A stretch of DNA of 64,000 nucleotides from Abditibacteriota bacterium (lineage in GTDB: Bacteria > Armatimonadota > UBA5829), in the NCBI GenBank assembly GCA_942493375.1, contig OW818698.1, positions 6,255,465-6,319,464 on the forward strand. The letters are read 5' to 3'. How positions within the stretch are numbered: position 1 is the first letter of the stretch; the number at the start of each line of letters is the position of its first letter. Under the pieces are notes generated by a model, which had not been told where the DNA came from, searched no databases, and saw only the letters and a program-made list of their open reading frames with translations. The translations under genes were made by a program, and so were the position numbers. Of this stretch, positions 8,950 to 18,504 are shown piece by piece.

Positions 8950-11900
8950 ATGCGAATAAACTCTATCAAACTACTGCCGAGAGTGCTCGGTGCATTTGTG
9001 ATCGTGGCTTTGATTGCCATTACGATCGGAATGGTAGGCCTGAAGACAGTTACAGAGATCGGTGGGCAACGCCTTCCGAGTATAGTTGCATTGCAGGACA
9101 TGACTCTTGCCCAGCAGAAAGTGTGGGTAGCAGAGCGTGGACTTATCAACCCGAGGATGATGGATCCCAAAGTACGTGCTGCCCAATACAAATATATTGA
9201 AGGTGCTTGGACGCTTGCTGATGATGCGGTCAAGGTATATGAGCCATCTGCTAAATCTAAAGAAGAAGAAGCAATTTGGAAAGAGCTCAAGCCGCAGTGG
9301 GATGAATGGAGAAAGTCACATGAGGCTGTCGTCCAGTTGGCCCGGCAGAAAGATGAGTTACTTGCTTCTGGAGCAACCACACAGAGTCCGAAGATACTTG
9401 CACTTGACCTCGAGACATTTAATGCATCTATGGAGGCAAGAGGCAAGGCATTATCTTCTATTGATTGTATAAACAAGATTCTCGTAATTAACAAAAAAGT
9501 AGCTTCGGCTTCTGCATTAACTGGCCGACGCAATATGATTACCGCAATGGCAGCCGGTATGCTCCTTGCCTTAGCTTTTGGAGTTATAATCGCCCTCAGC
9601 GTCTCCAAGCCGGTTGTAGGTATCAAAAATGTTGCTGATCAACTTGCTCTCGGAGAAGTAGACGTAAACCTGACTGTTAGCGGTAAAGATGAGATAGCGG
9701 ACCTCACGCGAGCTATGGAACAGATGGTTGCTGGGATAAAAGTTACCGTTGCAGCAGCCGGACAGATATCCAAAGGCGATATGTCTACTTATGTTGAACC
9801 CAGGTCTGACAAGGATGTATTAGCCATCGCAATGAACGGTGTCGTAGAGTCTGTGCGTGGACTGGTGGATGAGGCCGGAATGCTGAGTAAAGCAGCAGTA
9901 GACGGACGCCTGGACACCAGAGGAGAGGCTGATAAGTTTGAGGGTGGATTCCGCGAGATCATCGTCGGAGTCAATGACACACTCGATGCTGTCATTGGAC
10001 CACTCAATGTCGCTGCAGAGTACGTTGAGCGTATATCCAATGGCGACATCCCTGCCAGAATCACCGATAGTTACAACGGTGACTTCAATGAGATAAAGAA
10101 TAACCTGAATAAATGTATTGATGCCGTAAATGCAATGACTGCTGACGCTAACATGCTGAGCGTAGCAGCAGTAGAGGGTAAACTGGATACCCGTGCAGAC
10201 GCAACAAAGCATCAGGGTGACTTCAGAAAAATAATCTCCGGAGTCAATGACACTCTTGATTCAGTCATAGGACCATTAAATGTTGCTGCCGAATATATGG
10301 AGCGCATTGCCAATGGAGACATTCCTGCAAAGATCACCGATGAATACAATGGTGACTTCAACGAGATCAAGAATAACCTGAACAAGTGTATTGATCAGAT
10401 CAGTATGCTGGTTGACGAAGTTGGTGTAGTCATTGGTGCAGCCAAAGATGGCAAACTGTCTATGAGATCAGATACCGAAAGAGTTCAGGGTGTATACCGC
10501 AAACTTCTGCGTGGACTCAACGAGACCCTGGATTCAGTAGTCGGACCATTGAATGTAGCTGCAGAGCACATTGAACGCATCTCAAATGGAGATATCCCCT
10601 CACCGATCACCGATGTATACAATGGTGATTTCAACGAGATCAAGAACAGCCTGAATAAGTGCATAGGCGCAGTCAACCTGCTGGTTGCTGATGCTGGTAT
10701 GCTGAGTGAAGCTGCCATAGAGGGCAAACTCGATACCCGAGCTGATGCATCTAAGCACGGTGGTGATTTCCGTAAGGTTGTTACTGGAGTCAATGGAACC
10801 CTTGATGCAGTAATTGGACCACTCAATGTTGCTGCTGAGTATGTTGAGCGAATTTCCAATGGAGACATCCCTGGGAAAATCACCGATAGTTACAATGGTG
10901 ATTTCAACGAGATCAAGAACAACCTGAACAAGTGTATAGAATCGGTTAATGCGATGGCAGCCGATGCTGTAATGCTCAGCGAAGCCGCTGTAGAGGGAAA
11001 ACTGGCCACCAGAGCTGATGCATCAAAGCACCAGGGTGATTTCCGTAAAATCATTCAGGGAGTTAACGATACACTTGATTCAGTTGTTGGTCCTTTGAAT
11101 GTAGCAGCAGATTATGTTGACAGAATATCCAATGGGAATATACCTTCCAGTATAACCGACAACTATAATGGTGACTTCAACACCCTGAAGAATAACTTGA
11201 ACAAATGTATTGCAGCAGTTAATGCGATGGTTGCAGATGCTGGTATGTTGAGTATAGCTGCCGTAGAAGGTAAATTGGATACAAGAGCTGATGCAAGTAA
11301 ACATCAGGGAGACTTCAAAGCGATTGTTGAAGGAGTCAATCAGACTCTGGATTCGATAGTTGGGAACCTGGAAGCAATACCGACTCCGATCCAGTTTATG
11401 GACAAGGATTACAATATCCAGTATATCAACAAGACAGGAGCAGCTCTACTCGGTAAGAGTAAAACTGAACTCACTAAATACAAGTGTGCGGATGTCTGGA
11501 ATACATCAAAGTGCCGAACAAAAGACTGTCCATGTTCGAAAGCGATGGAGCTTAACAGCAGTTACGAATGTGACAATGATACAATGGTTGGCGACAAGCG
11601 ATTTGACATACATTGTGCAGCTGCTCCTCTTAAGGATAAAGCTGGTAACACAGTTGGGTCATTCGAGTTCGTAATTGATCAGTCGGATATAGTCAATGCC
11701 GGCAGAGTAATGCAGAAGATCGGCCAGTATCAGGACTTGGAAGTGGAGAAACTCAATTCTGCGTTGGCACAATTTGCACAAAATGATTTGACAGTAAGTG
11801 TTGAAACAGGGACTGCAGATGCTGATACAGCGGAGACTAAAGGAAAATTCGACAAGATAGCCGATGCTTTCAATGATTGTGTAACAGCGATGGGCAGTGT

Positions 11901-13059
11901 TATTGGCCAGGTAGCCGAGGCTGCAAACAAAGTAGCTGATTCTACATTAGCCCTTTCTAAAACTGCAACTGATGTTGGGAATTCCTCTCAGCAGATATCT
12001 TTGACCGTAGACCAGGTAGCTACAGGCTCCCAGGAACAGTCAAGAACCGTGCAGAACAGTGCCGAAGCTATGGAACAGCTGATGAGAGCTATCGGTGAAG
12101 TTGCTGCTGGTGCTCAGAGTCAGGCTAAACAGGTAGATCAGACTGTTGGACTTGTCCAGCAGATCACTGCCGCCATTGATGAAGTTGCCAAGAATAGCAG
12201 CACTGTTGCTCAGGCCAGCCGAGAAGTCAACGAAGTCGCCATCAAGGGCGGATTGCAGGTAGCCAAGTCTGGTGAAGGCATGGTCCGCATCAAAGATGCT
12301 ACAGATAAAGTCGGAACAATGGTCAAGCAGCTGGGTGATAGCAGCAAACAGATAGGGGCCATCGTCGAGACTATCGATGATATCGCTGAGCAGACAAACC
12401 TGTTGGCTCTAAACGCTGCAATCGAAGCAGCCAGGGCAGGGGAGCATGGTAAAGGATTCGCAGTAGTTGCAGATGAAGTCCGCAAGCTTGCCGAAAGGTC
12501 CAGTAAGGCCACTGGTGAGATCGCAGACCTGATTGGGACTATGCAGAATATGATCAACTCAGCTGTCGATGCGATGAGCATCGGGAGTAAAGAGGTCAGT
12601 GAGGGCACAGTGCTCTCAGCTGAAGCAGGGGATGCTCTGAAGAATATCCAGGGAGCCGTTCAGGGAATCGTATCTCAGATAGACAATATGGCTGCTGCTG
12701 CTCAGCAGATGTCTGCATCGAGCACGGAAGTCGTAAGAGCCATAGAGAACGTATCTGCAGTAACCGAAGAGACTACCGCAGCTGCCGAAGAGATGGCTGC
12801 ATCGAGTGCTGAGGTCTCCCGTCAGATAGAGCAGGTTGCTGCAGTCAGCGAAGAGAACGCTGCTGCTGCTGAGGAAGTCAGTGCCACAACCCAGGAGCAG
12901 ACCGCTGCTGCTGAGGAAATGACCGCAGGCACAGAAGACCTGTCCAACATGGCTGAAGACCTGCAGGAACTGGTCTCTGCATTCAAGACCAACACAGTTG
13001 GGAACACCCTGCAGAGCATGACAAAACAATCAACCAACAAACGCCGCAGAGCGGCATAA
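8950..13059 (+). CDS. Methyl-accepting chemotaxis protein with 2 TM helices, a periplasmic sensor domain, a poly-HAMP array (~12 HAMP units), a Cys-rich PAS domain, a further HAMP domain and an MCP signalling domain
   Basis: TM1 at ~res 20-45 and TM2 at ~200-225, then a canonical HAMP. Six tandem 91-aa (273-nt) repeats each contain two helix-connector-helix HAMP-like units ([41 protein letters not shown]). The PAS domain carries C-x7-C-x4-C-x-C. The MCP core is [38 protein letters not shown] take the start as the Met at 8950 (GAAGGTGGAAGCATG RBS); the ORF is open from 8908. Confidence 0.85.
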   Translation: MRINSIKLLPRVLGAFVIVALIAITIGMVGLKTVTEIGGQRLPSIVALQDMTLAQQKVWVAERGLINPRMMDPKVRAAQYKYIEGAWTLADDAVKVYEPSAKSKEEEAIWKELKPQWDEWRKSHEAVVQLARQKDELLASGATTQSPKILALDLETFNASMEARGKALSSIDCINKILVINKKVASASALTGRRNMITAMAAGMLLALAFGVIIALSVSKPVVGIKNVADQLALGEVDVNLTVSGKDEIADLTRAMEQMVAGIKVTVAAAGQISKGDMSTYVEPRSDKDVLAIAMNGVVESVRGLVDEAGMLSKAAVDGRLDTRGEADKFEGGFREIIVGVNDTLDAVIGPLNVAAEYVERISNGDIPARITDSYNGDFNEIKNNLNKCIDAVNAMTADANMLSVAAVEGKLDTRADATKHQGDFRKIISGVNDTLDSVIGPLNVAAEYMERIANGDIPAKITDEYNGDFNEIKNNLNKCIDQISMLVDEVGVVIGAAKDGKLSMRSDTERVQGVYRKLLRGLNETLDSVVGPLNVAAEHIERISNGDIPSPITDVYNGDFNEIKNSLNKCIGAVNLLVADAGMLSEAAIEGKLDTRADASKHGGDFRKVVTGVNGTLDAVIGPLNVAAEYVERISNGDIPGKITDSYNGDFNEIKNNLNKCIESVNAMAADAVMLSEAAVEGKLATRADASKHQGDFRKIIQGVNDTLDSVVGPLNVAADYVDRISNGNIPSSITDNYNGDFNTLKNNLNKCIAAVNAMVADAGMLSIAAVEGKLDTRADASKHQGDFKAIVEGVNQTLDSIVGNLEAIPTPIQFMDKDYNIQYINKTGAALLGKSKTELTKYKCADVWNTSKCRTKDCPCSKAMELNSSYECDNDTMVGDKRFDIHCAAAPLKDKAGNTVGSFEFVIDQSDIVNAGRVMQKIGQYQDLEVEKLNSALAQFAQNDLTVSVETGTADADTAETKGKFDKIADAFNDCVTAMGSVIGQVAEAANKVADSTLALSKTATDVGNSSQQISLTVDQVATGSQEQSRTVQNSAEAMEQLMRAIGEVAAGAQSQAKQVDQTVGLVQQITAAIDEVAKNSSTVAQASREVNEVAIKGGLQVAKSGEGMVRIKDATDKVGTMVKQLGDSSKQIGAIVETIDDIAEQTNLLALNAAIEAARAGEHGKGFAVVADEVRKLAERSSKATGEIADLIGTMQNMINSAVDAMSIGSKEVSEGTVLSAEAGDALKNIQGAVQGIVSQIDNMAAAAQQMSASSTEVVRAIENVSAVTEETTAAAEEMAASSAEVSRQIEQVAAVSEENAAAAEEVSATTQEQTAAAEEMTAGTEDLSNMAEDLQELVSAFKTNTVGNTLQSMTKQSTNKRRRAA
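9840..11390 (+). repeat. Intragenic tandem repeat, 273-bp period x ~5.7 copies (encodes the poly-HAMP array)
   Basis: ggtgacttcaa[ct]gagat[ac]aagaa[tc]aacctgaa[tc]aa[ag]tg recurs at 10078, 10351, 10624, 10894 and 11170. Confidence 0.85.
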
Positions 13060-13072
13060 AACAAAGAAAGTT

Positions 13073-13103
13073 CCCAGCCCACCTTTAAAGGGTGGGTTGG
13101 GAA
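13073..13103 (+). terminator. Stem-loop downstream of the MCP gene (CCCAGCCCACC-TTTAAA-GGTGGGTTGGG); no T-run
   Basis: 11-bp stem with G.U pairs 14 nt after the stop codon. It is followed by a second short hairpin, CCCCCTTTGAAGGGGGG, at about 13175. Confidence 0.35.
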
Positions 13104-13285
13104 CATAATTCACTTGTAGAGAAGTGGATCACTAACACGGAGGACCACTACTTCCCCTTGGAGAATGGTACAACCCAATTCCCCCTTTGAAGGGGGGTAG
13201 GGGGATGTGAATCTAGGAGATGGTTGGCAATCTCGGATGGTTATTTTCAACATCCAACCTCCAACATCCAAACACGGAGCGAGAT

Positions 13286-13786
13286 ATGAGCGAGACTAAT
13301 GAAATAGGATATGAGCAATTCGAGCAACTCGTGGTATTCCAGTTGGCGCATGAGTACTACGGCGTTGATATAGGGGCTGTAAGCACAATTATCCGGATGC
13401 AGGATTTAACTGCAGTTCCTCAGACCCCCCACTATGTTGAGGGTGTCATCAACCTTAGAGGCAGCATTATCCCGGTGATCGATCTGAGAAAGCGCTTTCA
13501 CCTTGCCCAGGAACCAACAACCAAGTCCAGCCGGATAGTTGTAGTTGAAGCCAATGGAGCCATGGTAGGCATGATCGTAGACGCGGTCGCTGAAACCCTT
13601 AGGATTTCGACTGACAATATAGAACCACCGTCCTGCGTAATAGCCTCAGTAGAGTCCGAATACCTGAGGGGAATAGCCAAACAGGGTGACAGACTGGTTA
13701 TTCTGCTGGACATCAACCTGGTAATGGGAGCCCACGACCTGGACATCCTCACCCGCCAGAAACATAATTCAGCAAAAGCTGCATAG
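13286..13786 (+). CDS. cheW: Chemotaxis coupling protein CheW
   Basis: About 165 aa with a CheW fold signature (FQLAHEYYGVDIGAVSTII...VINLRGSIIPVIDLRKRF...GMIVDAV). The start is placed at MSETNEIGYEQ, which has a GGAGCGAGATATG RBS. Confidence 0.8.
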   Translation: MSETNEIGYEQFEQLVVFQLAHEYYGVDIGAVSTIIRMQDLTAVPQTPHYVEGVINLRGSIIPVIDLRKRFHLAQEPTTKSSRIVVVEANGAMVGMIVDAVAETLRISTDNIEPPSCVIASVESEYLRGIAKQGDRLVILLDINLVMGAHDLDILTRQKHNSAKAA

Positions 13787-13912
13787 AACAAGAACCAAAC
13801 CAACAAAAGCGGGAGAATGTACCCAACACTCTCCCGCACCTCCACTATAATCATTCTCGAATAACGCACAATACCTACGTTCATCCTGGCCATTCCAACC
13901 CAATACCACCTC

Positions 13913-14005
13913 CCGTTCGTCCTGAGCGCAGTCGAAGGGCAGCAATCCCAGCCAGCAGTAATCCTGTAAATCCCATAATCCTATTAATCTTCTTCAGACA
14001 ATACC
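13913..14005 (+). repeat. ~95-bp direct repeat copy 1 (immediately upstream of the beta-helix gene)
   Basis: ccgttcgtcctgagcgcagtcgaagggcagca...aatcctgtaaatcccataatcctattaatctt. Two 32-bp blocks are identical to the copy at 15781. Confidence 0.8.
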
Positions 14006-14018
14006 CGAAGGATTACTG

Positions 14019-15716
14019 ATGTCCAATGTAAAACACTATCTCATGAAAACACTCGTTTTGCTTATCTATATATTCCTGTCTACTGCTGCTCAAGGTGCGG
14101 TTCCGGTGACCAAACCTGATGAGCATATACCTCTTCGTACTCTCCACGTTAGTCAGCTTCCTCTGAAAGGAATTGAACTGCAGTTCAGGTCTATTTCGGA
14201 AGCTGCAAAGGTAGTTAAGCCGGGAGACCTTGTTCTGATACACGGTGGAGTTTACCGGGAAGGGGTTGTAATAGAACGCAGCGGAGATATAAAGCAACCG
14301 ATTATATTCCAGGCAGCCGATCTTGAGCATGTTGTTGTAACAGGAGCTGACCGCGTTGTGGACTGGACCCCTGTCCCCGGTAAGTCAGATGTATTCTGCA
14401 CTCCCTGGACGCTGAAATTTATTGGTTGGAACCCTGACTTCTCTCACGGCGCTCCTCCTCCGATAGGCCGGGCTGAGCAGGTGATGGTGGAAGGATATCT
14501 GATGCACCAGGTCCTCTCCCTTGATACCCTCAGTTATGGATCATTTTATGTGGACACATCGGATAAGAAACTCTATCTCCAGATGCCAAGTCCGGGTTAT
14601 GATGTTTCGAAAACCAGGATCGATATCTCCAGCCGCGAGAATATATGGGATGTGCGAGGCAGTTTCGTGCACACCCGGGGGATAACATTCAAGTATGCAG
14701 CCAATAAGGCTCAAAGCGGAATGGTGACCATCGGTGGAGACAGTAGTGTCCTCGAAGACTGTGTGTTGGAGCGGTCAAATGGGGTGGGGCTGACACTTGT
14801 CGGTAAGAATACTGTAATCAAAGACTGCGAAATCCGGGAGAATGGGCAGATGGGTCTGGGTGGTAGTGGAACCAATCTGCTGATAACCGGATGCCTGGTC
14901 ACTAATAACAACACCAAGAACTATCCCCGTGGTTGGGAAGCAGGTGGCTGTAAAATAAGCATGTCCAAAAATGTTGTATTCGACAAGTGCAGGTTTATTG
15001 ACAACCGCGGGGTAGGGATATGGTTCGATATAGGCAATGAGGCCTGTGTCGTCCGCAACTGCCTGATCGCCGACAATGAGTTCTCCGGTATCTTCTACGA
15101 AATATCCTACGGTCTGCACGCACACGATAACGTCATTATACGCAATGGATTTGAGGATGCGTATGGCAGTTGGGGATCTGTTGCCGGGATATCTCTCTCC
15201 AGTTCACCGGACTGCGTTATAGAGCGAAATATTCTGGCAGGCAATGCCGAAGGTTTCAGCTACCGTGAACAGCACCGGACCACCCCGCGCATAGGCAGAT
15301 CCGGACCGGAGGAAAAAGTCTGGGTCAACAATGAGATCGTGCGTAACAACATTATCGCTTACAACGGTGTGCAGACATGGGGATGGTTCGATTCAGCCGA
15401 TGGCAGGCAGTGGCCGCGTGCATGGGGCAAGAGTAAAGAGATGTCACTTGAGGATCTCCACCTGAACATGCGTGACAATGTCTTCAGCATATCAGCAGGC
15501 CAGGAACTCTTCAACTGGTCCCCAAAATGGGCAGACGCCAAACACTACACAGATCTATCCTCAGTAAGAAAAGACTTGAACCTGGAGCAGGGGAGCGTCC
15601 TTGAACAAGTGAATTTCAAAGACCCATTCAAAATGGATTTCCGCCTGACCAAACCAACCCCCAATCAACTAAAATCCTACCCCAGAGGAACCATACCAGG
15701 AGTAAAAACCAACTAG
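14019..15716 (+). CDS. Secreted right-handed parallel beta-helix protein (pectate-lyase-fold; possible polysaccharide lyase/hydrolase or adhesin)
   Basis: Signal peptide MKTLVLLIYIFLSTAAQGA. There are multiple beta-helix coil repeats (NGVGLTLVGKNTVIKDCEIRENGQMGLGG..., NNTKNYPRGWEAGGCKISMSKNVVFDKCRFIDNRGVGIWFD). AAGGA RBS. Confidence 0.55.
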   Translation: MSNVKHYLMKTLVLLIYIFLSTAAQGAVPVTKPDEHIPLRTLHVSQLPLKGIELQFRSISEAAKVVKPGDLVLIHGGVYREGVVIERSGDIKQPIIFQAADLEHVVVTGADRVVDWTPVPGKSDVFCTPWTLKFIGWNPDFSHGAPPPIGRAEQVMVEGYLMHQVLSLDTLSYGSFYVDTSDKKLYLQMPSPGYDVSKTRIDISSRENIWDVRGSFVHTRGITFKYAANKAQSGMVTIGGDSSVLEDCVLERSNGVGLTLVGKNTVIKDCEIRENGQMGLGGSGTNLLITGCLVTNNNTKNYPRGWEAGGCKISMSKNVVFDKCRFIDNRGVGIWFDIGNEACVVRNCLIADNEFSGIFYEISYGLHAHDNVIIRNGFEDAYGSWGSVAGISLSSSPDCVIERNILAGNAEGFSYREQHRTTPRIGRSGPEEKVWVNNEIVRNNIIAYNGVQTWGWFDSADGRQWPRAWGKSKEMSLEDLHLNMRDNVFSISAGQELFNWSPKWADAKHYTDLSSVRKDLNLEQGSVLEQVNFKDPFKMDFRLTKPTPNQLKSYPRGTIPGVKTN

Positions 15717-15780
15717 CAATGGACAATTGATAATGCGGAAAAGGAATGGGTTGATTTATCTTATTTATCCCCACTGCATT

Positions 15781-15873
15781 CCGTTCGTCCTGAGCGCAGT
15801 CGAAGGGCAGCAGCACCTGGTCACAATAATCCTGTAAATCCCATAATCCTATTAATCTTGTTCAGACAACACC
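15781..15873 (+). repeat. ~95-bp direct repeat copy 2 (immediately downstream of the beta-helix gene)
   Basis: Same two 32-bp blocks as the copy at 13913, with a 15-bp variable spacer between them. Confidence 0.8.
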
Positions 15874-16478
15874 TGTCCCCTATATCGAACACAATGTCCT
15901 TCATCAGCAACAATACAACGATGCATAAAAAAATCCAGAACTAATATCTCAAAAACCGATACAAAATCGCGTTCTTGGCGTCTTATAATCATGAGAGTAT
16001 TTTTTTATGCTGTCTGTAAGCGCACATTGCTTCTGGTGTAGTTATATTAGAAGCAGTCTAGCGCTTTTTTGTTTGTCGCAATAATGACCAACAAATCATC
16101 ATTCGTCGCGACAAAGACTCTGGTGGTTAAATAATAATGGCCGAAAAATCGGTGTGTTTTGGTGAATTACACGCAGTTTCTAGAAAAAAGCAGTATGTTT
16201 CAGAAAGAAACAGGTATGTTTTCGTTAGTTACAGCGTAATACTTGAGCTCAAATCATCCCTGTTGAGATTGGCAAATCCCATGAAAATAAAATTTCCGAA
16301 CGAACTACCTGTCAAATTGTGTGTAACCATTGTCTTCTGTGACAGATCGAGTGATGGGGGAAGAGGAGAAAAAGTAGTTTCGTAAAGAATGCAAAAACGA
16401 ACTATTCCACGCTCAGAGCCTTGAAAATTGAGCTCGATTCGTTCTCCATAAAACCCGAATGGAAAACCGAAACGAACT

Positions 16479-16512
16479 AAAAAGGACAGGACCTGAGAGC
16501 CCTGTCCTTTGC
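16479..16512 (-). terminator. Rho-independent terminator for the minus-strand gene ending at 16539
   Basis: Minus strand reads AAAGGACAGGGCTCTCAGGTCCTGTCCTTTTTAG, an 8-bp GC-rich stem plus a T-run. Confidence 0.6.
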
Positions 16513-16538
16513 GTCTTATTGGTATTGTTATTTAATGA

Positions 16539-17831
16539 CTACTTGTCAGAGTAGATAAATGTCCAGGGTTTACCACCGGCGCCCGGGGTGCCTCCGGCGA
16601 ACTCACCGTCGGGGTCGTATGCGGTGACTTCCAGAATGTATTTTGTCCCTGCGACTAGTTTGTCGGCTCTGATTGCTGCCTTGGAGTCCTTTGTGCGGAC
16701 CTGGGGGGCGACTTCGGCGCCGTCTAGTGATTTTACACTCACCCTGTACTCCGCTACTCCGTCCAGCGCTGCCCAGGAGCACTCTATCTCGCCATTTACT
16801 GCAGTAGCTGTCTCTCCGGATGCCGGAATGACTCCGCTGAGTATTCTACCCAGTGCCAATGGCTTAAGCTTGAATACCTGATTGCCGCTCACAGCAGCTA
16901 CTTCCGTAGCCCTGTTGAACCAGTCCGGGTTATCGCCGGTGTAAACATAACCGGCATACTCACCGTCAGGCAGATTAGATATAGTAAACTTGCCTTCAGC
17001 ATCGGTGGTCGCTCTTGCGCCTTCGATCTCCATGAGGTCCTTATCAACCGCTCTCACTTTTACACCGGAGACCGGCTTGTTGCTGAACAGCACAATTCCC
17101 TGCAGTGTATTACCGATAGTTATCTTAGGCTGAGCTGCTGTTGTGTTGTTCTGAGGGACCGTGTCAGTCACCACAAACGCAACTGGTCGATAGGAGCAGT
17201 CATACTCATGTCCAAGTGACTTCGACACGAAAGATAAAGGCACCATAAACTTCCCGTCTCTCATATAAGTAGATATCGGGAGCTTGACTGCCAGCGAATT
17301 GACCATCGCAGTATCCTGGTTTTTCTTAAATGTCAGTTTGACATTCTTTCCAGCCAGAGACATCTGCCCACCGGCTTCGGCAGTTATAGAGCCCCATCCA
17401 AGTTTTTCGAGGTCTCTTAACCAGATCATGACCTGCTGCCCGCGGATAAGCTCGATAGCTCCGGCATTCATAACCTTACCGTCAACAACCAGAATGACAT
17501 CGCTGACGATGTCCCCGGGTGCTATCACCTGTGAGTCTGTCTTGACGACAGGTGGCGTGGTAACCGGAGGTGTCTTAACAGTTGGTGTTGTGGGTTTTGT
17601 GACAGGCCGAATGCGGACAGGTGATGTGTTCCTGATCCTTACAGAAGGTCTCACCGACGCGCGCGGAGACTTAGGAGTGACTTTGACAGTCGAATCCTGC
17701 TGGGCTATTACACATGAACCTGCAGAAATAAGCCCGGCAGCCACGATGCCGGTTATGATACTAATTGCTGGGTTGAGGCTCCGTCTTTTCCATGTTGTTG
17801 AGAGTAGTAGGTTCCGGGAGCTTATTCTCAT
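16539..17831 (-). CDS. Secreted multidomain protein: copper-amine-oxidase-N-terminal-like (stalk) domain, CarboxypepD_reg-like domain and a fibronectin-III-like domain
   Basis: There is a Pro/Thr-rich linker. DGKVMNAGAIELIRGQQVMIWLRDLEKLGW is the CuAO-N-like part. TTDAEGKFTISNLPDGEY is Cna-B/CarboxypepD_reg-like. AEYRVSVKS...GTKYILEVTAYD is FN3-like. The start is uncertain because the ORF overlaps the anti-sigma gene. Confidence 0.45.
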   Translation of the reverse strand: MRISSRNLLLSTTWKRRSLNPAISIITGIVAAGLISAGSCVIAQQDSTVKVTPKSPRASVRPSVRIRNTSPVRIRPVTKPTTPTVKTPPVTTPPVVKTDSQVIAPGDIVSDVILVVDGKVMNAGAIELIRGQQVMIWLRDLEKLGWGSITAEAGGQMSLAGKNVKLTFKKNQDTAMVNSLAVKLPISTYMRDGKFMVPLSFVSKSLGHEYDCSYRPVAFVVTDTVPQNNTTAAQPKITIGNTLQGIVLFSNKPVSGVKVRAVDKDLMEIEGARATTDAEGKFTISNLPDGEYAGYVYTGDNPDWFNRATEVAAVSGNQVFKLKPLALGRILSGVIPASGETATAVNGEIECSWAALDGVAEYRVSVKSLDGAEVAPQVRTKDSKAAIRADKLVAGTKYILEVTAYDPDGEFAGGTPGAGGKPWTFIYSDK

Positions 17832-18504
17832 CTGGTATGACCTCCGAATTATTCGCATCGGGTTCGGATGTCAGTGGGAGCGGTTCGTCGAGAATAATCA
17901 CCCTATGGCGCCTGTTCGAGTCGCCCTGTCTGGTTGTTGCCAGTCCAACCGAACTCATGTCCCTGGTTGCATTAGTCAGGTACCGGAAATAGTCCGATGC
18001 TGTAGGTGATACCGTTCCACTGTTATCCGTATTCGATGTAGCTGCTGTCTTTTCAGCTTTATTCGGCACAGTGGTCGTGTTTTCCTTCTTATGCCCGACT
18101 CTTTGGTTGGACTTCTCCGGCATTGTTATGGCAGGTAAGGGTGCCAGGACAGTCTGATTCTCATTCGTATTCTGCCCGACACCTATCCAGCGGCCGAATG
18201 CAAATCCCAATGCCAGGAAGAGCAGCATAGAGAAAGCCGGCACCAATCTGCGAATAGTAGACTGCCTTGGTTTGCTGCAATCACTCACTGCACCTTTTAC
18301 ATACCACTTGATCCGGCTGATCTCATCCTCGGAAAGCTCGGGGATTGTGTCATTCATTAGTGTGCTGACAGCCATCCGCTCATTCAGGTCTTCCCGACAC
18401 TTAGAGCACTGCTCTGTGTGTGTCCGGACAATTCTGGCCTCTTCAGCGCTGGCATCTCCAAATACATATGGGCCCATCAGGCTCTTGGCTTTACTACAGA
18501 TCAT
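17761..18504 (-). CDS. Anti-sigma factor, zf-HC2 type, single-pass membrane protein
   Basis: N-terminal HTEQCSKCREDL zinc-finger-like motif, a TM helix (LVPAFSMLLFLALGFAF) and a Pro/Thr-rich periplasmic tail. The ATG overlaps the sigma-factor stop (ATGA). Confidence 0.65.
   Translation of the reverse strand: MICSKAKSLMGPYVFGDASAEEARIVRTHTEQCSKCREDLNERMAVSTLMNDTIPELSEDEISRIKWYVKGAVSDCSKPRQSTIRRLVPAFSMLLFLALGFAFGRWIGVGQNTNENQTVLAPLPAITMPEKSNQRVGHKKENTTTVPNKAEKTAATSNTDNSGTVSPTASDYFRYLTNATRDMSSVGLATTRQGDSNRRHRVIILDEPLPLTSEPDANNSEVIPDENKLPEPTTLNNMEKTEPQPSN

Noticed and set aside
8865-9626. 253-aa ORF on the minus strand
   Set aside because: It lies entirely antisense within the chemoreceptor gene and has low-complexity composition, so it is a shadow ORF.
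9840-11390. Regularly spaced 273-bp repeats that could superficially look like a CRISPR array
   Set aside because: The repeats are in-frame within a long ORF and encode HAMP units. There are no short unique spacers, so this is an intragenic protein repeat.
14013-14330. 105-aa minus-strand ORF overlapping the beta-helix gene start
   Set aside because: It is antisense to a well-supported signal-peptide-containing gene with a good RBS.
16137-16385. 82-aa ORF in the long non-coding gap
   Set aside because: It has no RBS and an odd composition, and it sits in a region better explained as regulatory or sRNA sequence.
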